A stretch of 64,000 nucleotides of DNA from Octopus sinensis (GCF_006345805.1 NC_043015.1:13826001-13890000), one strand, 5' to 3'; shown: positions 14,607 to 28,737, counted from the first letter of the stretch. The notes: generated by a model from the letters alone, not told the origin. Translations and numbers: made by a program.

Positions 14607-14954
14607 TTAATCATTTTACTAACTGTCTGTCTGTTGAAACCTTCTAACTAATTTCTCTGTTAATGCCATTGGTTTGCAAGTGTTCTAATTTCATTGTCAT
14701 CATCATTTAGTGTCTGTGTTTTCATGCTTGCATGGGTCAGACAGAATTTGCTAAGGCAGATTTTCTATGGCCAGATGCATCTCCTGTCACCTATCTTCAC
14801 CTGTTTCCAAGCATGTTAATATTTCCCATGGCCAGACATTTTGTCCATGGAAGATGAGAAACAAACAGTATTACTTGTATGATAATGTTGCTTGTTTACA
14901 ACCATCATGTGATATCAAGACAAAAGTACATATGAGTACACAAATTCAAAATAA

Positions 14955-15120
14955 ACACATGATGGTCTTCTTTCAGTTTCCATCTACTAAATCCAATCAC
15001 AAAACTTTGGTTGGTCCAGGGCTATAGAAGAAGACACTTGTCTAAGATGCCATGCAGTGGTACTGAACCCAAGACTACGTGGTTGGAAAACAAGCTTCTT
15101 AACCACACAGCCACACCTGC
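14955..15120 (-). mobile_element. SINE family A, 5' half
   Basis: ctatagaagaagacacttg..gaacccaagactacgtggttgg. Confidence 0.7.
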
Positions 15121-16509
15121 ACCAAATCATTTATATTTCTCATTCAGCAACCCTTAACTGCCACTGATAGTAATCACTTGGTATTTATATCACTTGATAT
15201 TGGCTTCTTCTCAATTATATCTTGATTTATCTGTCAAGCACTACTTACAGATAGAAAATTGTCAAACCTCTGGCCTCTGCAGCTCTTGTAACTTGACAAT
15301 GTACCTCACTTGCCAGTTAGTTAACTTTCCTTTTAGCCTCACATCCAAGTAAACATCTTTGTTTTGTGCACTCATGCACAAATATGTATTCATATATGCA
15401 TCATAATTATCATAATCTATGATCTAATGTCCTTTTATTTTTCTCCATGCACCTTGGGTTAGGTAAATTTATTGTTCAACATATTTGCATTCAGCCTTTT
15501 TGTCCTCTCTCTTTCCAGGCTTGATGGCTTAAGATCTGACCTAACCACTTTTACAATATCCTCTTCTTGGGGAAGTATCTGTTTCTGAACGATCTACCAT
15601 ACCAGCACTGCTGTCTCTTCTGCATATTTTGACTGCTCTCTTTACTCTGTCAAATCATTTCCCCATCTGCTTCCTGGACAGATACACATTTCACATCCAA
15701 TACATTGGACTTGTATGTTCCTCTCCAGCCTACCATAGTCTGTCAATGCCCACCTATCTCTCATGTAACATCACATTTACTATGCCTGCTTCATACTGTC
15801 TGCTTTTGCACCATTAGAGAAAAGCTTTGTTGCTGGTAGGATTATTAGCTATATTACATACACACACATCATGCATGCCCATACACACGTGTATTAGGAC
15901 CACTAGAATGTGCAAAAGATTCCAGAAGTTCAACTTCCAACTCAAAATCTTTATATCTTTCAGTCAGTTAAAACCTGACAATATCTAATAGACTTAGATA
16001 TTGATCTGTCACAAGGTTTATTAAGTTTTTCCTGGAACACATTTCCAGCTGAGTGAACTGGTGTAACATGAAATGAAGTGTTTTGCTCAAGAAGACAATA
16101 CACAATCCAGCCTGAAATCACAATCTTATGCTCATGAGTACAACACCGTTACCACTAGTCCAAATAATGCCTTCTCACACTATCTCTAAGACCAAAAATA
16201 TATCATCATACTTACCAAAGATTAGACACATTCCCCAAAACATGCCCTCGTTCAATTTTTGACTTTTTGCTTTGCTTTTCTTACTTTCTCTGTTTTTTAC
16301 CAGAATCATTGGAACTAATGATTTATCCATCCTCACTGCAAGTTTTAATGAATGAAAACTTTTTCCTTTCTGGCTCACTATATTACATAGCATCCTCCTC
16401 AGTTAAGTACATACACACACGCACATACCCTTCATTTACATACACATTCTTGTTCTCATTCATACATGTGGTATCTTTTTCTATTCATGAAGTCTCTCTT
16501 TCTCACCCA

Positions 16510-16543
<34 letters not shown>

Positions 16544-18158
16544 ACTATTTGAATGTCTAATGGACAACTGTTGGTTAATATACACCCTCAAACAGATATT
16601 AAGTTATAAAGTGGAAGAGACTACTGCTGATAGTGATACAACAGTAAGTGCTTATACTAAGATGCAGTTAAAAACAACCTCTAAAATACTCATCTGTATA
16701 TTTTTATTGCTACTGATTTACATTCTCAACTGTGCCAACTTAGGAACTATGGAAATGGTAATGACAAAGATTATCTTTTTGCATTTGTTTTTTTCTTTTA
16801 TTTGATATTCTTCCACTTTATTTCAATGATTGTTTATTTTTCAAATTGTCATTTTACGGTAACAAACATAAAAAATTGAAAACAATGAAAACATTGACTC
16901 TCCTTCAGATTCAAACCTTAAATTTTTTTTTAACATACTATTGGAATAAGCTTATTTCTAGGTGTGGCACAGCACATAGCTTTAAGGTTGCTGTTGACAT
17001 TAGTTTGTATGTACTGAATAGCTACTCATCACCACCATATAATTAATAACAGTTAGTACTGAACATTCTGCTAGCAAAGAAAAAATATATACTGAATATT
17101 CACTAGCATAGAGATAATATTACTAAGTACAAAATATCTGTTAATACTAACATACTGTTACTATTAGTTCAGGAATGCTTTTAGTGTAGTTGATTATGTG
17201 ATCATCTGCTATGGCAGATATATAGTTCACCTGTCACAGGTGGTTCTGTTTGTCATTTAACTTTGTTTGGATCCGGATTTTTAGAGTAGGTGTACCAGAT
17301 CCTTATGTCATAAAAGGCTATGAAAAAAGTTGGTATCAGACAGGGTACTTAATCATAATAAAGTCCCATCAAACCCATGCCAGCATGGAAAAACAGACAC
17401 AAAAATGGTGGTGGTGGCAGTGATGATGGTGGAGGCATCGGCAGTGGATTTGATGATGTTGCTGCTGCTGAAGAATATCCACTATTATAGAGAATAACTA
17501 GTAGTTTGTACATACTAAATATCCAGTGTTGTACCAACTCTAGTTTCATGGCACAGCACTTCCATTGTTGCCAAGTCTAGTCTTTATCCAGTTTTAATGT
17601 CTTATAGGTTCTTTTTTTCTTCTTTTATAAACAACATTTCCTTGGAAAAGGTTTTAATCATCTCACTTTCCATTCCCCATGTGTGTAGACTGAGTGTTAT
17701 CTAATTTGTATCATGTCAGCTCCATACATAATAATGACTATGCATAATTTTATGTTGAAAACTACATCTATTCTTTTAACTCTGTGTGTGAATATCAAAT
17801 AAAAAAAATACATATGTGTATTTCATGAAATTAAAGTGTTCAAGTTAACATTCTGTTCTTGTAATCGGTATATTTTTCAGTTTTCACATTTTAATAATAA
17901 TAATACTTGTTTTTCAGATTGAGCTCTGAGGCAGTTATTTCATGGTTAGATTTATTATGATAAGTCTATTTAAAAGAACACAATATTAGAAACACACCCT
18001 AAAACTAGATATCTTTTCCCCCTCTGTGTGTACGATTATTTTTTTCACCTACCCAATCACTTCACTCTATTTCAGTGAATAATTTTGTTTTAAGACAACT
18101 CAAATTAAAAAAAATAATCTCATTGCATTTACTTCTTTTCTATACATTCACCTTTAAC

Positions 18159-18199
<41 letters not shown>

Positions 18200-18262
18200 C
18201 TTTGTGTATGTGTGTATTTCTATATATCTATGTGTGTGTATGTATACATATATATATGTATA

Positions 18263-18304
<42 letters not shown>

Positions 18305-18685
18305 CATACATGCTCATGTATATATACATGTATATTTGTGTGTGTATATAGCTAAAATATGCTTTTGCATTTTGTGTATTATCTTTCATAGTTTTTATTT
18401 TTATGTTATTTATGTTTTCTTTTTCTTCCAGATACCTTTTAAGTTATGCTGAATTATTTTGAAAACTTCACATGATGTCTTCTGTACAATTAAATTGCCA
18501 TTCTGAACACAATGGACACCCAAGTTGAACTGTGTTGACACCACCTCAAAAGGTTGGTCAGTAGTGAGGAGCATGCTATTTGAGTTTTTGGGCAGGATTG
18601 TACAGCCCTCCATTGGTGTGGTTTCTCTTTGCCAACACCACAACTGCCATCTGTCATTGTTGCCACTGCACACTTATCTCAGGCC

Positions 18686-18811
18686 ATGGACAGCTGGGTA
18701 CCTAACCCTAATGCTAAACCATTTATACCTCGAAAACGAATGGTTCGGAACGCCTCTGGCTTTCATGTTCGGACATATTCAAAAAAGAAAATACTGGCTA
18801 AAATATTTCAG
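18686..18811 (+). CDS. POMGNT1: POMGNT1 coding exon 1 (cytoplasmic tail, 42 aa)
   Basis: gccATGG start; [22 protein letters not shown] resembles human MDDWKPSPLIKPFGARKK..RFCQ; donor CAG|GTTAGT, phase 0. Confidence 0.9.
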
Positions 18812-19151
18812 GTTAGTTGTGTTTTTTTTCTCTATATTTTATTGCTTCAGAAATTAAACTATTTCCTGTTATTTAGGCTTCTTATTCAGTAAATACAAAA
18901 TGTGGAATGCAATGATTGGGTGTGTCTGTTTGGACACTGGTGATTTGATGCAGCTGACTGGATACTGTATCTATTTTTGGCACCGAAGCAAAAATACACA
19001 CACACACACACATGTACATGCATGCATATAGAGAGAATGATGGAGAGAGAGAGAGAGATAGAAGGAGAGAGATTAAAATGTCTAATGTGAAATAAGTCAG
19101 CGTCAAATCAACAATGCCAGTAGGCAGTGCCAAAACATCTCAAACCCTATA

Positions 19152-19217
<66 letters not shown>

Positions 19218-22200
19218 ATGCATGTTAAGCTCCAAGTGGAGAAACTGTGATGAAACTATAAGTTGCAGAGGTTTTTCTGCTTAAGAAAAACTGGTTGTTT
19301 GATAAAAAGTTTGCAGATTCTCTAAGCTGAAGTAATGTTCCTTTTTCCTTAGTAACAACATGGTTTCTCTTCTTTATTCATTTTATTTACAGTTTGTTTT
19401 AATTGGTTTCCTTTATGAGATTAACTTTGCTGTACATTTTTAACTGGTTTTCTATACAAGCTAAACTATTCTATTGATTACCAATAGAGTTGAGATCAAT
19501 GATTTCAGTGTTTGTACTTGCAGGTGAGCCTGGGAATAGTTCTCATCATCACTGTTATTATCAACATCACCTTCCTCATTGACACAGGTAAAAAACAGCA
19601 GGATAACTATGCCAAGTTGTGTAAGTTCCTTCTGCGTTTATTCTCTTATTACTCTTCCTACAGTTTAGAATTTATTAAAAGTGTACATTGTTCACTATTC
19701 TCCCACCTCTGCAACCATTACGATTAATAATTCATGTGGATTGGAAAAACAAACCAAATGTTCTTTGTTTTCCCTAAAAGGTATTGACCTGTATAAATGA
19801 TATACTTTATTGATCCTATATAAAATGAGGCTTCTATTGTTACAAAGTTTCCATGGTGTATTGAAATTAAAGGTTATAAGATGATTATGGAATCAGCCAT
19901 AAAAAATTAAATTTGAAAAATTTTCAACGTATCCTGCTGAAAGTTCATTTCAAATACTTTTTTTCAAATTGAAGACATATTAGTTAATTAAATTCTCAAT
20001 GCACAACAGAGCTAAATGTTCTATTTGCTCAGAAAATTTGAAAAAACATTTAAATAGGTAAAATAATAACATTAGGTAGAAAACGTTTTGCTTTTGTTGT
20101 TATAAGGCAATTTATAGAATATAAAAGAATAAAATATTATTCTTTGTTTTTACTGTACTTTTTAATTTTTGCTATTGAGGCTCCTTTCATCTTAGAGAAA
20201 TAGGGGTTTGCATGACATTTAGTTAATGTGAATCCTTGAGTTGATGGTTAGTGCATTGTAGAAGTATACAAAGATGAGAAAGAAATCTCCTAAGAAAGAT
20301 AGTTTTGAAATTGAAGAACCACATACCCTGTTTATTACAGCTATTAGCCAAATAGCCAAATAAACATGGTATCTGTGAGGTAAAGACTGGTTGTGTCATA
20401 TTCAATTTCTGCTTTGATATTCTGCCCTTTATTTCCTTCTTACCACACCTTCATTGTGTTCCTGTGCTATTGAGACCTTATGAAGAAAATAAACATCATG
20501 TATTCACTTTCTTTCTAGTGGTTCTCAATTGGGGTCCACATGACCCCTTGAGGTCCATGTAAGATTTTTGTAGGGTTTACGCAAGCAAAATAGTAAAAGG
20601 GGTCTACATTTGGTATTTTATGAGTCCATGAAAATTTTTTACTTTAAATGAATTTATTGCAAGAAACAGATACATTTTCTTCTCTGACATTTTGCATCAT
20701 TCAGCTTACACAAGTGAATGTGTGATAAGGAATTTTGAAGGAACTATCTATGAAACTAGTTATTAAGCATCAAATGGTTATGGGGGTCTACCAGAATGAA
20801 ATAGTAATCAAAGGGGACCATAGATGAAAAATGGCTGGGAACTGCTGTTCTGGAGCATCAGAACTGAAATTATATAATATCTGGTGAAGGTATTGTTGTG
20901 TGGTTAAAAAGCTCACTTTGCAACCACATGGTTTTGGGTTCAACATCACTGTATGACATCATATACACAGAATCAATACCGTTTTACAATATGAGTGAAA
21001 TTTGGAAGATGGAAACTATGCAGAAATTCATTGTGTAAGAAATATATGTGTGTGTGTGTCTAGATATATATGTATATATATGTACATATATCTCTTTACT
21101 CTTTTACTTGTTTCAGTCATTTGACTGCGGCCATGCTGGAGCACCACCTTTAGTCGAGCAAATCGACCCCAGGACTTATTCTTTGTAAGCCCAGTACTTA
21201 TTCTATTGGTCTCTTTTGCCGAACCGCTAAGTGACACCAGCATCAGTTGTCAAGCAATGCTAGGGGGACAAACACAGACACAAAAACATACACACATACA
21301 TACATACATACGACGGGCTTCTTTCAGTTTCCGTCTACCAAATCCACTCACAAGGCTTTGGTTGGCCCAAGGCTATAGTAGAAGACACTTGCCCAAGATG
21401 TCACGCAGTGGGACTGAACCCGGAACCATGTGGTTGGTAAGCAAGGTACTTACCACACAGTCACTCCTGTGTATATATGTATATATACAACCATGTGGTT
21501 GGTAAGCAAGCTACTTACCACACAGCCACTCCTGTATATATGTGTATATACCTTCATCTCTGCTTCTTCTTTCTTTGTTATCTACTTAATTAAAGACATA
21601 CCAGCAAAAACCACGAGCTCCTCATTGTTATTATATCCATTTTCTTCTCATATATATGTATATATATGTATATATACATATATGTATATTATCGTCATCT
21701 CATCATCATAGTTTAACGTCCGCTTTCCATGCTGGCATGGGTTGGACAGTTTGACTGAGGACTGGTGAGCCAGATGGCTGCACTAGGCTGCAATCTTATC
21801 TGGCAGAGTTTCTACAGCTGGATGCCCTTCCTAGCACCAACCACTCTGAGAGTGCAGTGAGTGCTTTTATGTGCCACCTGCATGAGGGCCAGTCAGGCGG
21901 TACTGACAATGGTGACAATCAAATGGTCTTTTTACGTGCCACCTGTACAAGAGCCAGTCCAGCGACACTGGCAACGGCTTCACTTGAATGTTGTTTTTGA
22001 CGTGACACCGACACAAGTGCCAGTAAGGCGACACTGGTAGCGATCACACTCGAATGGTGCTTTTTACATGCCACCAGCACAGGTGCCAGTCAATGGCCAT
22101 GGCAACGACCACGCTTGGATGGTGCTCTTAGCGCTCCACTGGCATGGATGCCAGTCATGCGGTACTGTCATCGAATATATATATGTATGTATACACACAC

Positions 22201-22478
22201 ATATATATATACACATAAACATATATATACATACATACACATACATATACATATATGTGTATATATATCTTCAATCCTGCTGCCCCCTACCCCTCTCTCT
22301 TCCTTCCACATGACCGGTGTCCAGCCAGTTATGATCTTTCTTTCTTGGCCTAACTACCGACCGTCAACACTCTTACATCCATCTCCGATTTAGCACTCAA
22401 AAGTGACCTGACATGTATGTGCATGTCTAGGTGTGTGGATGATGGTGTGGGTGCTGGGAAGTGGCCAGTACTAGTGTT

Positions 22479-22509
<31 letters not shown>

Positions 22510-23350
22510 GTATGTATATATACATATTTATATATGTATGTATATATACATATTTATATATGTATGTATATATACATATTTATATATGTATGTATATATA
22601 CATATTTATATATGCATGTATATATACATATTTATATATGTATGTACATATGTATATATGTATGTATATATACATATGTATGTATATAGATATATATATA
22701 TGTATAGCTTGAATTTACGAGAAAACAAAACTAAAGACAAAAACGGGTGTGTAAACAACAAACAGATGTATTAGTTTGATGCTCAGGAAGTGAGAAAGTC
22801 TTTTACGCTTTGAGCCTACGCTATTCAACAGAAAGAAACACAGAGAGAGAGATAATAAAAACAGTTTAGTGGCTAGCAATCAATCATGGCAAATGCTGGA
22901 CAGAGGTGGTCAGACAAGAGATCTAGGAAGAAGGGGAGATAAAAAAGTAGTGGTGATCCCAAAACGAAGGTGCACATGCGTGTGTATGTGAGAGCGTGTA
23001 TGTTCGTGTGGATAGGGGCTAGTGACCTTGATGTATGTGCATGTGTAGGTGTGTGGATGATGGTGTGGGTGCTGGGAAGTGGCCAGTACTAGTGTGTGTG
23101 GGGTGGTGTGTGGTGTGATATGGGGGAGACGAGGATGGGGTTTGGGTTAGGTGGAGGGTGGAGTAGGGGTGGGATGTATAGGGATGGTGGGTGGGAATGT
23201 GTAGGGGTGGGGTAATAATAGAGGGGTGACGATGAAGGGAGAAAGTGGATAGAAGTGAAGAGAGGAAGTCGGTGTGAGAGGAGAGAGAAGGGGGTTAAAT
23301 GAAGAGGGGAGGAGATTGAGCCCATGTGGTGCAAAGGAGTGAAGAGTGTG

Positions 23351-23398
<48 letters not shown>

Positions 23399-26300
23399 AT
23401 GGGTTTCTTTCAGTTTCTCTCTACCAGATCCACTTTGAAGGCTTTGGTTGACCCCATGTTATCCTCATGGATACTTACCTAGTGTGCCAATGCAGTGGGA
23501 TGGAACCCAAAACCATGTGGCTGGGAAGCAAACTTCTCAACCACACAACAACCATGCCTCCATCAATAGCAACAGCTATGGTATAAACTAAAGAAATAAA
23601 TCATTAAATTGACTTCACATACGTCAATATATGTGATGCAACAACAAACTTATTGGTGTAAACAGTGTGAGTTGATGTAAACAGATGCAGTCACTGTCTG
23701 TGTGGTTAAAAAAGTTTATTTTACAATTGTGTTGTTTGGGCTCAATCTCCTTCTGTGGAAGTTCGTCAGAAGGGCGTTCTTGCTCTTCTGGAGTAAACTT
23801 GATCCATTGTCTGGTTTAATGTCATCACCTTGCTTTTGAGACAACTCTGTTGCAGGTGCTCAAATCAAGACACAGGTTTGATGACTTCTTCCCTTCCACC
23901 ACTCTGATGTTTTGTAAACAATCATGGGTGTTGCCTTTCCTCCTCTAAGTCGTATGACAATGACACTCATTTACAACCATCACATGTCTACACAACTACA
24001 CACACATAGTGGCAAGAATGGTAAGCTAATGAAACCCATTCAGTTTCATACCTATTATTATTGGAGCAATAGTATACATACCAACCCGTCTGCAGGAAAG
24101 TATAGCTGAACTTGGTATCTTGGGGAGAGAATGCAAAATCCTTAATTCATATGCTACAAATGATTACAGTATGTGGGACTGCCAAAATCTGCGAGACCTT
24201 CTTAATTTTTAAAGGATGATGGTGAAAACAAGATGCTTTCAATATTTCCATTATTTTTAAGATTGACTTTGACAGGTTTGCAAATTCAAGAGTTTGTAGT
24301 TTTGGGGACAGTTATTTAGATTGAAGTTTTTCATGAGTCATTAATGCAGGTATGGATGCATGGTTAAGAAGCTCACTTTGTAACAGTGTGCTTTTAAGTA
24401 CTGTCCCACTTTGTAGCACCTTGGGGAAGTGTTTTCTACTATAGTCCCATGCCAACCAATGTGTTATGAGTGAATTTGGTAGACAGGAACTGTAAGGAAA
24501 TCTATCATATATCTGTGTGTTTGTCTGCATGTCATTGTATGAGCATCACTTAAGCTGTAATGACTTTATTGTCCTCCTAAGGGTTGGCATAAAAAGGGCA
24601 TCTGGCCATAGCATACTGCCTCAAAATAAGTTCAGAACTCCCAATCTAACATGGAAAAAGGATATAAAAACGATGATGATATACTTTTGATCAACGGTTT
24701 TTGTTATTTCTATTTAACCTGACATCTCTTTTCTTTCCAGCTGGAGTGAGCACTGACATCCACGATAAACAGTCTAAAAATGAGAAATTAGGAAGAACTC
24801 TTTCTGTGATAGTAGTATCCAGCAAGGATGCGGTTAGTGTCTCAGTTGATGGGACAGCGGTAGGTTCCATTTCATTTCTAGTAACAGTTTTAACAATTTG
24901 CTTTTCAATGACGTTTTCTTTAGTGGCTAGGGTATTCAGCTCACAATCATAAGGTCATGAATTTGATTCCTGCCTGCACATTGTGTCCATGAGCAAGGCA
25001 CTTTATTTTACATTGCTCCAGTCCACTCAGCTGGCAAAAACGAGTCATATCTGTAATGCAAAGAGCCAGCCTTGTCATGTTGTGTCATGCTAAATGTCCC
25101 TGAAAACTACGTTAAGGGTATGCATGTTTGTGGTGTGCCGAGCCACTTGCACATTGATTTCATGAGCAGGCTGTTCCATTCATCGGATCAACTCAAACCC
25201 TTGTTATCGTAACCGATGGAGTGCCAGTAAGTAAGTAAATGAATTAACTACAAAAGGAAAGAAAAAAAAAACTGAAGAAGACAACGAAGAGAAAATGGTT
25301 TCTGCCACAGTCCTTGGAACAGTTGTAATATTGATCATGACTAATATTAGTAAAGTTTGTGAATTCACTTCTAAGCACCTGGCATTAATATCACATCATT
25401 TCTGTCATTCATCTATAATAATCAATAACTAGACTGTTCTTCTGGTTGTTGTCTTTATCGAATCACTCATGTTTGTTGAGCACCAGAAAGTTTTGTTGTG
25501 TTGGAATCTCGCTACTAGACTTTTCCTCAGAAACTTACTTTACCATGACATTTTGTCCTTATCATTATTATAAATCAGAAAGACAGCAAGCTGGCAGAAT
25601 TGTTAGCAGCATTTCGTCAGTCTTTACATTTGTGAATTCAAATTCTTCCAAGGTCAACTTTGCTTTCCATTCTTTCAGGGTCAGTAAAGTAAGTACCATT
25701 TTATCACTGGGGTCATGAGTTAATTGCTGATCTCAGCCAAGATGATTACCATCAGTGCAACCTAATTGCCTGATAAAAAAGCCTTGTCATGGGGTTATTA
25801 ATCAGCTGCTAACTCTACTTCAGACTGAAAACTGATTTTGATTCAGCTTTTTGTATTGTAATTGAATTTTTACTTTAATTATGTCCCTACTTGATTCTTT
25901 ATTCTTTGTTTCTTTAAGGTTTTGCATGATGAAGAACCTGATAAAAACCGAGGCATTCATGTTATTGTCCTGAACCAAGCAACAGTAAGTGACCGTTTGT
26001 GTGTGTTCATGCATACTACTCTATTGTTCTTGGAAGGTATCTTTCAGATAGGTTTCCTTCTTCACACAGAATATGCCTTTTGAAAAATGAAACTAGTATT
26101 TATTTTCTAACTAGATTGAGGTTTGCAAATCCAGGCATACTATCTATGTAAATGAACTATTATCTGAAATGTCAAGAAATAATATAAGTACTATTTTGAG
26201 TGTGTGTTCATCATGTAATGCCCACTTCTCCATGCTTGCATAGGTCAAACAGAATTTGTTGAGATAGATTTTCTATGGCTGGATGCCCTTGTCATCCACC

Positions 26301-27389
26301 TCCACCCGTTTCCAAGCCTGGTAATATTTCCTCATTGCCAGACATGTTTTCATGGAAGACTAGAAACAAACAATACTGCTTGTATGATAGGGGTGCTCAT
26401 TTACAACTATCATGTGATGCCAAGACCCTGGCACACACGTCCATGTACACACACATACACGTGCATGCACACACACACACACACACAAATAATAGGCTTG
26501 TTTTAGTTTCCATCTACCAGATCCACTCAAGACTTTAGTCAGCCTGGTGCCATTGTAGAAAATATGTGCCATCAGACTAAACTTGAAACCACATGGTTCG
26601 GAAGCAAATTTCTAAGCCACACAGTCATGCTCACACCAAGAAAACCCCTTTTTTAAGCCTATTCCTAATCTAATTACTATGCTTTCCAAACACATTTACT
26701 ATGAATTAGATCACCTAGGTAGCAGAAGCTATCAATTATTTTAAATTTTTGGCCTCTTTGTTTTCAACCATATGCCCCCTTTTATTTGATTATCTAAATA
26801 TATTTGACCACCCCTTCCTTCCTCACTCTAGTTATCACCTCCATCTCCTTCTGCCATTCTCTTACTAGCAAGTACCTGACATGCCTTTTTTATATAGATA
26901 AGACTAGACTTTTCGGCTCAGTAAAGTAAGGGCTGCATGTGGGAGAGTATCTGATATTTAATTAATTTATCACCACTAGCAGGAACTTAACTGCCAACTC
27001 CCAATGGGCTTAATTCTTAAGAGTTGGAGACAATTTGTTGCAAATAATCTGAGAAATGTAATCAGGATGAAAGTAGATGTAACTATCTCTCTTTTCCTCA
27101 TTCTTGACTCCCACTATTCCAGTATGCTACTCCAACTCATGCTGGGCTGTAGGGATGCATTATTTACTAAATTCATTCTGCCACAGAAATAGAAAGGAAA
27201 AACAATGTAATTATCTTGGTTGCTAGTACTATATATACATATATATATATGTGTGTGTGTATGTGCATATATATATATATACATATGCACGCACACACGT
27301 GTGTGTATATATATATGTGTGTATGTATATGTATAGGTGTATATATATATATATATATAGATGTATGTATATGTATGTACATATATGTA

Positions 27390-27432
<43 letters not shown>

Positions 27433-28682
27433 GTTGATATGTATATATAGCGGTTGAGAGGAGACCTATAAAGTGAGAATCAAGAGTGGGATTTGCTATG
27501 AAAACCACCATGGCTTCAAAACTTGAGGAACTACCATGTGGTCATTCGGATCGCTTAATTTCTGTAAATCTGCCATTAAGAAAAGGTTGCTATGCAACAC
27601 TCATAAGTGCATATGCTCCAACTATGAGGTGATAAACTTACCTTCTGTCTATCACTTACAGAGATTATACGCAATATCTTCCATGATGGCAAAGTTGTCA
27701 TTTTGGGTGATTTTAATGCTCATGTTGGTGCAGATTGGGAGATATATATATCAGTTTGGTAAGAAAGTTCTTGGACACTTTTAACATATCACTTTATTAA
27801 CAATTAAAAAAACAACAAAGAGCAATTAGTTCAAAAGGTAATCACCCTCGTTATTGATCACCTTTTGCCATCTTTCAGGCAAAGTTTTGAATCCTTTCAT
27901 CCAGAAATCACATGGCTTTGAATCAATAAAGTCGTAAGGGAACGATTTCACATCTTCTTCATTTCCGAACCCTGTATCGCCAATTGTGCATTGCGAGGCA
28001 AAGAATTAGTGGTATTCAGAAGGGGCAAGGTCAGGAGAACATGGTGGGTGCACCATAATCTCCCAGCCTGCCTCCTTCAACTTCTTTGACATCTTCTTTT
28101 CATGATGTGATGGTGCGTTGTCTTGGTGGTAAATTATCTTCTTCAAATTTGAGCATTTTTCGGCCAGTTCAATCTTTAGACGGTTGATTTGTTCGCAGTA
28201 GACATCTTTGTCAACAGTGGTATTGCATGAGGGAAGATACAACATGGTCACACCACGGCAGTCCCACCAAACTGAGATCATAACCTTCTTTTGCACAAGC
28301 AGTCATTTTGGCAAAGAGTTTGGCTGTTGACCTTTGCTACACCAGGATCGTCTGCACCTCACGTTAGAGTACCCACTTTTCATCCATAGTGATTACTGAC
28401 TCCAACCTATTGAATCTTCGGCTTCGCCAGAGCAGACTTTGACATGCACTGACATGTGCTTGTTTGTTCACTTCAGTCAATTCATGTGGCACCCATTTTC
28501 CAAGCTTGCTGACCATGCCGAGATGATGCAGGTGGTTGATGATCATGGCACGGGAGATGCCAAACTGTACCTCAAGTTGACGTGCAGTTTGCATTGGATC
28601 GGCTTCAATGACTTGTCCAAGAACTTTCTTACCAATGTAATATATGTATATATGTGTGTGTATGTATATAAATATATATATA

Positions 28683-28737
<55 letters not shown>

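Noticed and set aside
16596-16643. 48-nt AG..GTAAGT segment, and another at 17918-17944, as POMGNT1 5' UTR exons
   Set aside because: Splice signals alone are not enough in AT-rich DNA; transcript data are needed.
22503-22655. Regularly spaced repeats (also 48214-48309, 52415-53060) as CRISPR arrays
   Set aside because: No unique spacers, no cas genes, eukaryotic intronic context.
23738-23773. Minus strand CTGACGAA-CTTC-CACA-GAAG-GAGA, a possible third hammerhead
   Set aside because: Core and stem II look right, but I could not find a stem I partner or palindromic stem III. A simple CCTTCTG/CAGAAGG hairpin explains it.
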